DNA from: an uncultured Gemmatimonadota bacterium
GTDB taxonomy: Bacteria > GCA-2686955
Assembly (NCBI GenBank): GCA_964490075.1
Contig: CAZBBK010000018.1
Coordinates: forward strand, 56,345 to 76,344
Reading direction: 5' to 3'
Length of the DNA: 20,000 bases
Part shown: positions 13,660 through 20,000 of the stretch, piece by piece
Layout of the letters: every line of letters starts with the position of its first letter
Numbering within the stretch: position 1 is the first letter of the stretch
Notes under the pieces: generated by a model
Database searches by the model: none
What the model was told of the DNA's origin: nothing
Seen by the model: only the letters and a program-made list of their open reading frames with translations
Position numbers and translations under genes: made by a program

Positions 13660-15228
13660 ATGACTGATTTGCTCCACGACCTTCTGGATGATGAGATCAT
13701 CGGCGTGCGCCCCGCGCCAGACATCCGCAATCGGCTCGCGCTGCCTGGCGTTCTAGAAGCCCTAGGGCGCACTGAGTTGTACGCCTTCACGGCCCTTCAG
13801 GCCCATCAAGAGCACGCTTGGTACACCTTCTTGGTCCAGCTTGCCGCGATCGCATTGGAGAAGAACAAGGAGCCTCTGGGCTCTTGGCCAGATGCTCCGG
13901 CGTGGCGATCGTTGTTGCTGGACTTGGTATGTGGCGACCGAAGGCCTTGGTGTCTGCTGGTGAAGGACCTGTCGCATCCAGCTTTCATGCAGCCAGCAGT
14001 GCCGGAGCGTTCGTTGGACGGCTTCAAGACGGTCAGTTACCCCGATGGGCTCGACGTGCTCATCACGGCGAAGGACCACGACGTGAAGCACAGCCGAATT
14101 GGGAGACCACTCCCAGAGCACTGGATCTACGCCCTGATAACACTGCAGACTACGCAGGGTTTTCTCGGCAAGGGCAACTACGGCATCGCGCGGATGAACG
14201 GCGGCTTCGCCTCACGCCCATGGGTGGGCTACTCACCCGGCGTCGGATGGCCGGAGAGGTTTCAACGCGACGTGAGTGTCCTGCGGCGATCTCGGAGTCA
14301 GTTGCTGCGCGACTACGGCTACGCCGATCGTGATGGCCTCGCTCTGGTGTGGCTGAAACCGTGGGACGGGAGCGACTCGGAACCACTGGAGCGCTGCGAT
14401 CCCTTGTTTGTCGAAATCTGTCGCCGCGTTCGTTTCGAGGGGGGCGAAGAGCGACTCTGGGCGCGCACCCGCGGTACGTCGGGCCAGCGGCTCCTCGCCA
14501 AGGAACGCAAGGGGGATGTAGGCGATCCATGGACCCCGGTCAGCAAGGCCGAGGGCGCGGCTCTGACGGCAGGCTCTGCGGGCTTCTCCTACAAGCTGAC
14601 GCAGGAGCTGCTCTTCTCGGGTGATTGGGCACCAGGGATCTCGCAGCAAATTCAAAGAGACGACCCAGAACGGCTTCTTTTCTGCGCGGCGGTCCTGGTT
14701 CGTGGCCAGGGCAAGACCGACGGCCTTCGGAAACGACTTCTGCCCTTGCCACCCAGAGTCCGGGCGATACTCGGGAGCTCGCAAGACCGCGCGACACTTG
14801 AGACTCGGGCCAAGCGTCGAGTGGACGACTCCGCCATCGCCTGGAGGAGAATCCTGCGCCCGGCACTTCTGGTCCTGCTGCAGGCGGCGCCGGACAAGCT
14901 CGATTTCACCGACGACAGATCCAGGTCCTGGCTCGAGAAGTTCGACACCATGGTGGATCAGATCTTCTTCGATCACCTCTGGAGGACCGTTGAGCGCGTC
15001 GATCCCGACCCTGCATCGGAGGAGGCCGAGGCCCGGGAGGATGAGCACGCTGTTAGTTGGCAACGAGAGCTGGTCGGAATCGCTCAAAGTCTTCTCGAGG
15101 ACGCAATGCAGTCCATTCCCTTGCCGGCGGCACGTCGATACCGAGCCCTCGCGGCCGCCGAACGGGTCTTTCGCGGTAGCGCGATCAAACACTTTCATGA
15201 TGCGATGCAGAAGGAGATGGCGACATGA
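13660..15228 (+). CDS. cas8e: Type I-E Cascade large subunit Cas8e (Cse1/CasA)
   Basis: Position after cas3, AAGGAG ribosome-binding site, 522 aa, motifs AFMQP, GFLGKGNYGIARMNGG, FVEICRRVRF, GDPWTP, RGQGKTDG. Confidence 0.88.
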   Translation: MTDLLHDLLDDEIIGVRPAPDIRNRLALPGVLEALGRTELYAFTALQAHQEHAWYTFLVQLAAIALEKNKEPLGSWPDAPAWRSLLLDLVCGDRRPWCLLVKDLSHPAFMQPAVPERSLDGFKTVSYPDGLDVLITAKDHDVKHSRIGRPLPEHWIYALITLQTTQGFLGKGNYGIARMNGGFASRPWVGYSPGVGWPERFQRDVSVLRRSRSQLLRDYGYADRDGLALVWLKPWDGSDSEPLERCDPLFVEICRRVRFEGGEERLWARTRGTSGQRLLAKERKGDVGDPWTPVSKAEGAALTAGSAGFSYKLTQELLFSGDWAPGISQQIQRDDPERLLFCAAVLVRGQGKTDGLRKRLLPLPPRVRAILGSSQDRATLETRAKRRVDDSAIAWRRILRPALLVLLQAAPDKLDFTDDRSRSWLEKFDTMVDQIFFDHLWRTVERVDPDPASEEAEAREDEHAVSWQRELVGIAQSLLEDAMQSIPLPAARRYRALAAAERVFRGSAIKHFHDAMQKEMAT

Positions 15229-15803
15229 GCGATACGGACACACCGCAGGCGCTCGCGAACGGCAGCGATGCGCGGACGAGCGACTTCCCGAGCCTTGGCA
15301 AGGTCGTGAACAGGCTCGCGGGAGCTCTGGAGCGCGAGACGACACCCGGCGATCTCGCGGCTCTGCGCCGTCTCGATCCGGACGACCCGTCGAATCCGGC
15401 GTTTTGGCGTATAGTTGTTGGCCATCTTGTTCCAGTGGGAGCGCTCTCCGAAGAGCGCCGCGACCGTGATCAGGCGGAGGCATGCTGGGCGGCACTGCTC
15501 TCCGGAATGGCGCAGATGCACGGGCTGCACGTGCCGGGCAGACGACTGGGACGGGCGCTGGCGGCCGCAGGGCTCTCGGAGCTGCGTTTCGTCCGCCTAT
15601 TGCGCGCCCGAGAACGCCAACTACTCTCCGAGGTGAGAACCGCGGCACGTTACCTGGCCGCGAGAGCGGAGCCGGTCGATTGGGTCGATTTCGCTCGACT
15701 CGTACTCAGTCACGACACCAAGCGCGCCGAGTCGGTCCGACGGGGTATCGCTCGTGATTACTACTCGGCTCAGGAAGCCAGTCCAACGAAGGAAAAGTCA
15801 TGA
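15225..15803 (+). CDS. cas11: Type I-E Cascade small subunit Cas11 (Cse2/CasB)
   Basis: ATGA overlap with cas8e; GDLAALRR, LGRAL, SELRFVRLL, VDW, IARDYY motifs; 192 aa. Confidence 0.92.
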   Translation: MSDTDTPQALANGSDARTSDFPSLGKVVNRLAGALERETTPGDLAALRRLDPDDPSNPAFWRIVVGHLVPVGALSEERRDRDQAEACWAALLSGMAQMHGLHVPGRRLGRALAAAGLSELRFVRLLRARERQLLSEVRTAARYLAARAEPVDWVDFARLVLSHDTKRAESVRRGIARDYYSAQEASPTKEKS

Positions 15804-16993
15804 CGAAGTTCATCCAGCTCCACTATTTGACCTCCTATCCCGCCGCCCTGCTGAATCGTGACGATGCGGGTTTCGCCAAGCGCATCCCCTTCGGAGGAGC
15901 GACCCGGACCCGGATCTCGTCCCAGTGCCAGAAGCGACACTGGCGGACATTCGAAGGAGAGCATTCTCTACGCGAGATCAACATTTCGATGTCGATCCGC
16001 TCCCGTCGCACCTTCGAACGATTCGTGCTGGCGCCATTGCTCGAGGACGGGGTGGCGCAGGAGCTGGCCGATGCAGTCACCGAGGGCTTGATGGCCCTGA
16101 CACTGGGGGAATCGGCCAAGGCGAAGAAGAGCAAGGAGGAAAGCGTTGCACCGACCGCAAGGACTGGACAGATCACGGTACTCGGCCGGCCTGAGCTCGA
16201 CTATCTGCTCAGAGAGGCGCGTGAGCTCTGCGCAGCGGTGGATTCTCCAAAGCAGGCGCGGGAGGCTCTCAAGAAATGGCCGAAGGAGAAGAGGGACAAT
16301 CTGAAGACACTGCGAAACGGCGCGGGTCTCGACGCAGCGCTCTTTGGCCGCATGGTGACGAGCGATATTCTCGCCAGAGGAGACGCTGCAATCCACGTCG
16401 CGCATGCCTTCACAGTGCACGCGGAGGCCGCCGAGAGTGACTATTTCTCCGCGGTCGATGACCTTCTGCAAGACAATGCCGAAGAGGAAGCGCTCGGCAG
16501 CGGTCACATCGGCTCGGTGGAGCTGACATCGGGCCTGTTTTATGGCTACACGGTGATCGACGTGCCCCTCCTGGTCTCGAATCTCGAAGGCTGTGCCCGG
16601 GAGGATTGGCGCGATGCCGACCCATCCACCTCAGTCGAAGTGATCGAGCGTCTCGTGCACCTCATTGCCACCGTGTCGCCCGGAGCCAAGTTGGGATCGA
16701 CGGCTCCCTATTCCTATGCCCACTTGGTGTTCGCCGAAGGGGGATCCGCGCAGCCGAGAACGCTCGCCAATGCCTTCATGAACCCGGTCCGCGACCGTAG
16801 CGATCTGCTCAAGAGCACGTACAACGCACTCGGCTCGTATGTCGCTTCGCTGGACCGGATGTATGGTGTTGAGACGCGACGCGTGCTGGCTGCGATCGAT
16901 TCCGGAGCAGATCTAATCGATCGGCTCGACGTCGAGTCGTCAGGTGCACTCGCGGAACTGGCCCGTACCACCGCGGGCTGGGTCAGGGAGTAG
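15800..16993 (+). CDS. cas7: Type I-E Cascade backbone Cas7 (Cse4/CasC)
   Basis: FIQLHYLTSYPAALLNRDDAGFAK, RTRISSQCQKRHWR, ALFGRM, VAHAFTVH, DYFSAVDDL, PRTLANAF. Confidence 0.96.
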   Translation: MTKFIQLHYLTSYPAALLNRDDAGFAKRIPFGGATRTRISSQCQKRHWRTFEGEHSLREINISMSIRSRRTFERFVLAPLLEDGVAQELADAVTEGLMALTLGESAKAKKSKEESVAPTARTGQITVLGRPELDYLLREARELCAAVDSPKQAREALKKWPKEKRDNLKTLRNGAGLDAALFGRMVTSDILARGDAAIHVAHAFTVHAEAAESDYFSAVDDLLQDNAEEEALGSGHIGSVELTSGLFYGYTVIDVPLLVSNLEGCAREDWRDADPSTSVEVIERLVHLIATVSPGAKLGSTAPYSYAHLVFAEGGSAQPRTLANAFMNPVRDRSDLLKSTYNALGSYVASLDRMYGVETRRVLAAIDSGADLIDRLDVESSGALAELARTTAGWVRE

Positions 16994-16997
16994 CGAC

Positions 16998-17735
16998 ATG
17001 GAAGTTCTGCTCCTTCGATTGCAGGCGCCGATGATGAGCTTCGGTGGTCCACTCGTGGACCAGCGAGGCGTGATCCAGGACTACCCGGCCCTTTCGATGC
17101 TCACCGGGCTCTTGGGCAACGCACTTGGCTACCACCACCGCGACGCGGAGAGGTTGAACAGTCTGCAAGATAGAATCCGCTACGCGGCGCGCTGCGATCG
17201 ACCGGGGCGGTGTATCTCGGACTACCAGACCGTCGATCTCGGACAGGACTTCTTGCGCGACAGCGGTTGGACGTCGCGAGGCCGGCCGGAGCCCAGATAC
17301 GGAGACGCCAAGAACAAGGTAGGAACTCACATTCGCCACCGTCAGTACTTGGCCGACGCCGCCTACACACTGGCGCTCGCCCTGAAACCCGCCGATGCGG
17401 ACCCGAGCCTCGATTCTCTGGAAAGCGCGCTGGCGCAACCCGCGCGGCCTTTGTTCCTGGGGAGAAAATGTTGTCTGCCAGCCGCCCCCGTCATTCTGGG
17501 TCGGCGAATCGCGGGATCCTTGCGATCTGTCCTGTCAACGGAACCTCGTTGGTCGGGGACCGAAGTTCCGGGTCCCCTGCGAGCTTGGTGGCCGGGCGAA
17601 GAGGACGAAGCCTCCCAACGGTCGAGCTCGGTTCCCGTCACCGACGAACGCGATTGGCGCAATCAGATCGTTGTGGGTCGTCGTCTCGTTCGCAAAGGGC
17701 TCGTAGATCCGCCGGAGGCCCGAGATGAGCAGTAG
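16998..17735 (+). CDS. cas5: Type I-E Cas5 (CasD)
   Basis: ATG 16998 after GGGAG; LLLRLQAPMMSFG, GLLGNALG, DYQTVDL, RQYLADA, LFLGRKCCLP. Confidence 0.95.
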   Translation: MEVLLLRLQAPMMSFGGPLVDQRGVIQDYPALSMLTGLLGNALGYHHRDAERLNSLQDRIRYAARCDRPGRCISDYQTVDLGQDFLRDSGWTSRGRPEPRYGDAKNKVGTHIRHRQYLADAAYTLALALKPADADPSLDSLESALAQPARPLFLGRKCCLPAAPVILGRRIAGSLRSVLSTEPRWSGTEVPGPLRAWWPGEEDEASQRSSSVPVTDERDWRNQIVVGRRLVRKGLVDPPEARDEQ

Positions 17736-18477
17736 GACAGCTCCACTGTGGATGATCCGTTGCGAGCTGGAGACACCAAGGCTGCTGGCTCTTGCTCGGC
17801 GGCGCAAGCTCCCGCCCAGGCAGGGCGACATGGGGTACGTGGTTCATTGTGCCCTGGGAGAGCTGTTCGGAAGAGACGCCCCTCAGCCCTTCGCCCACAT
17901 CGGCCAAAGGGGGCGGCATTCGTCTGTTCTCGCCTACGCGCAGAAGGAACCCGAGGCGCTGCAAGCGTACGCGGATGCCTTCGCAGATCCCTCACTGCAC
18001 ACCATGGTCGACTGGTCGCGCTTCGATGCCAGGCAGATGCCGGTCTTCTGGCCGGTGGGACATCGCCTCGGATTTCGATTGCGATGCTGCCCGGTCCAAC
18101 GGATGCACGCGAAGGGGGACTACCACCGCAGGGGGGCGGAAGTGGATGTGTTCGTCGCAAGGTGCTGGAAGGCGGGCGACTCGGCCACTGCGGTGAAGCG
18201 CGAGGAACTCTATTGCCAGTGGCTGGCAACTCAGATCAAGCGCTACGGCGGTGCCCGGCTGATCGATGCGGAGCTCGGCGCATTTCAGCGCGAATGTCTT
18301 GTTCGGCGTACCCAGGGCGGCGACAGAAAATCCGCTATCTGCGAACGCCCCGATGCGCTCATGGGCGGCACCCTCGAGGTCACCGATTCGAGTGCCTTCA
18401 CCGCGTTGCTCAGGCGCGGCATCGGGCGCCACCGCGCCTTCGGCTTTGGAATGTTGCTGCTGCGTCCCGCGGACTGA
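17725..18477 (+). CDS. cas6e: Type I-E crRNA-processing endoribonuclease Cas6e (Cse3/CasE)
   Basis: C-terminal glycine-rich loop GIGRHRAFGFGMLLL, GTLEVTD, N-terminal GYVVH; lies between cas5 and cas1. Confidence 0.95.
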   Translation: MSSRTAPLWMIRCELETPRLLALARRRKLPPRQGDMGYVVHCALGELFGRDAPQPFAHIGQRGRHSSVLAYAQKEPEALQAYADAFADPSLHTMVDWSRFDARQMPVFWPVGHRLGFRLRCCPVQRMHAKGDYHRRGAEVDVFVARCWKAGDSATAVKREELYCQWLATQIKRYGGARLIDAELGAFQRECLVRRTQGGDRKSAICERPDALMGGTLEVTDSSAFTALLRRGIGRHRAFGFGMLLLRPAD

Positions 18478-18480
18478 TTC

Positions 18481-19362
18481 ATGTTGCTCGGAAGACTTGG
18501 ACTGGAGACCGCACGCATCCCGCAGGCGGATCGGCACGGGCTGCTGTGGCTCTCACGCGGGAAGCTCTACGTCGAAGACGGGACACTGCGCTTCAAGACC
18601 GCTGGCGGCGAGCTCGAGGCGGGCGACTACGCCATTCCCTTTCAGATGCTCACCAACATCTTGCTCGGCCCAGGAGGATCTGTGACACACGATGCGCTGC
18701 GGCTGTTGGCGCGTCACGGTACCGGATTGATCGCCGTGGGCGAGGGGGGGGGGAAGATGTACGCCTCGATGCCCTTCGGCAAGGACGATTCGGCGCTGGC
18801 GCGCAAACAGGTCCGACTTTGGAGCGACGAGCAAGGGGCCCGAATGGATGTAGCGAGGCGAATGTACGCCTGGCGGTTGGGGGAAATCCTGCCGCAGAGC
18901 GATATCGCGGTGCTGCGAGGCATCGAGGGATCCAGGATGAAGGAGACCTATCGCCTGCTCGCGCAGCAGCATGGGGTTCTCTGGAAGGGGCGGCGCTACG
19001 ATCGCTCCAACCCCAGCGGCGACGACCTTCCCAATCAGGCGATCAACCACTCGGCTGCGGCAGTCCAGGCATCAGCAATGATCGCCGTGGCCGCCACGGG
19101 GACGATTCCGCAGTTGGGCTTCATCCATGAGGACTCTTCGCGCGCGTTCTGTCTCGACGTAGCGGATCTGTTTCGAGACGAGATCACATTGCCAGTGGCC
19201 TTCGCCGCGAGTCGCCTGGCCATGGATGGTCACGAATTGGAGATGGAGAGGCTCGTTCGGCGGACCGCCGCAAAGTCGTTTCGAGAGAAGAAGCTGATTC
19301 CGAACATGATCCGCAGGATCAAGGAGTTGCTCGATGGCGATGACGGTGATCGTGACGCGTGA
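18481..19362 (+). CDS. cas1: Type I-E Cas1 integrase
   Basis: ILLGPGGSVTHDA, LRGIEGSRMK, WKGRRYD, NQAIN, LGFIHE, LDVADLF with the catalytic E/H/D residues present. Confidence 0.97.
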   Translation: MLLGRLGLETARIPQADRHGLLWLSRGKLYVEDGTLRFKTAGGELEAGDYAIPFQMLTNILLGPGGSVTHDALRLLARHGTGLIAVGEGGGKMYASMPFGKDDSALARKQVRLWSDEQGARMDVARRMYAWRLGEILPQSDIAVLRGIEGSRMKETYRLLAQQHGVLWKGRRYDRSNPSGDDLPNQAINHSAAAVQASAMIAVAATGTIPQLGFIHEDSSRAFCLDVADLFRDEITLPVAFAASRLAMDGHELEMERLVRRTAAKSFREKKLIPNMIRRIKELLDGDDGDRDA

Positions 19363-19630
19363 TGTCGCTCCACGGTTCGCGGGCTTTCTGACCTCGTGCA
19401 TGCTGGAGATCGCTCCGGGGGTATTCACCGGCCCGCGCATGACCAATTCGGTGCGAGAGAGGGTCTGGGCGGTGCTGGAGGAATGGTTCGCCACGCTCGG
19501 GGGCGGGAGCATCGTGATGACCTGGCTGGACACGGCCGCCCCCGGGGGCCAGAGCATTCGTGTGCTGGGGTTGCCGCGCAGAGAGCTGCAGGAGATCGAT
19601 GGCATGCTGCTTCTGCGAAAACAAGTTTGA
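19334..19630 (+). CDS. cas2: Type I-E Cas2
   Basis: MTVIVTRDVAPRFAGFL...LEIAPGVF...RERVW...DGMLL; AAGGAG at 19321-19326; overlaps the cas1 end. Alternative start at 19340. Confidence 0.95.
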   Translation: MAMTVIVTRDVAPRFAGFLTSCMLEIAPGVFTGPRMTNSVRERVWAVLEEWFATLGGGSIVMTWLDTAAPGGQSIRVLGLPRRELQEIDGMLLLRKQV

Positions 19631-19727
19631 TCGTCAGTGCCAGCAGCCCGAGACTCGGTCCTCACGCCGCAGACTTGAGCGTTGCCCGGCCCGTTCTCGA
19701 CTGCTACTGTCCCCGTGGGAGGACAGG
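19631..19727 (+). promoter_or_regulatory. Putative CRISPR leader
   Basis: 97-bp non-coding segment between the cas2 stop and the first repeat; assigned by position only. Confidence 0.6.
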
Positions 19728-20000
19728 GGCTCCCCCGCGCACGCGGGGATCGACCTCACGGGGTTCGATCTAGAATGCAGCGTCGCCCGGCTCCCCCGCG
19801 CACGCGGGGATCGACCCATTGCACCGATCAGCGCCCCTCCGATCCCGCCGGCTCCCCCGCGCACGCGGGGATCGACCCGCTACTCCCAGAGATCTCGACC
19901 CATATCTCTTGGCTCCCCCGCGCACGCGGGGATCGACCCTGGTGCCCACGGAAGGAGTCAGAATAGACTCCGGCTCCCCCGCGCACGCGGGGATCGACCC
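19728..20000 (+). CRISPR. Type I-E CRISPR array: 5 repeats and 4 spacers visible, probably continuing beyond the window
   Basis: 29-nt repeat GGCTCCCCCGCGCACGCGGGGATCGACCC at 19728, 19789, 19850, 19911 and 19972 (61-nt period; the first copy ends in T); CCCCGC/GCGGGG hairpin; four unique 32-nt spacers. Confidence 0.99.

Noticed and set aside
16571-16581. 11-nt match (CTGGTCTCGAA) between the candidate mini-array spacer and cas7
   Set aside because: The match excludes the 5' seed and is short enough to arise by chance.
19634-19966. ORFs 19634..19864 (-) and 19682..19966 (+)
   Set aside because: Translations of the CRISPR leader and repeats, not genes.
19886-19971. 6-bp hairpins inside spacers 3 (AGAGAT/ATCTCT) and 4 (GGAGTC/GACTCC)
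   Set aside because: Short stems are common by chance and there is no evidence of function.

Overview
GC-rich bacterial window; all credible intact genes are on the + strand. Left half (1-10823): a 5'-truncated TPR-GAF-AAA+-HTH sigma54 enhancer-binding protein, a secreted lamin-tail-domain protein, a small secreted acidic Cys/His-rich protein, a secreted HAF-repeat protein, a secreted chitinase with two GH18 domains, a minus-strand remnant resembling a minimal nucleotidyltransferase, and a fused LeuC-LeuD-type aconitase-family enzyme. Right half (10990-20000): a type I-E CRISPR-Cas locus (cas3-cas8e-cas11-cas7-cas5-cas6e-cas1-cas2), a leader, and the first five repeats of an array that runs off the window. 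Main observations: (1) cas3 is interrupted by one in-frame TGA inside its HD nuclease domain while the other cas genes look intact; (2) a candidate degenerate repeat-32 nt-repeat mini-array lies just upstream of cas3; (3) a candidate sigma54 circuit (AT-rich palindrome, -24/-12 promoter, structured 5'UTR, small secreted protein, terminator) sits next to the enhancer-binding protein; (4) three neighbouring secreted proteins appear to share one ~105-aa Ig-like module. All calls come from reading motifs by eye; no searches were run.
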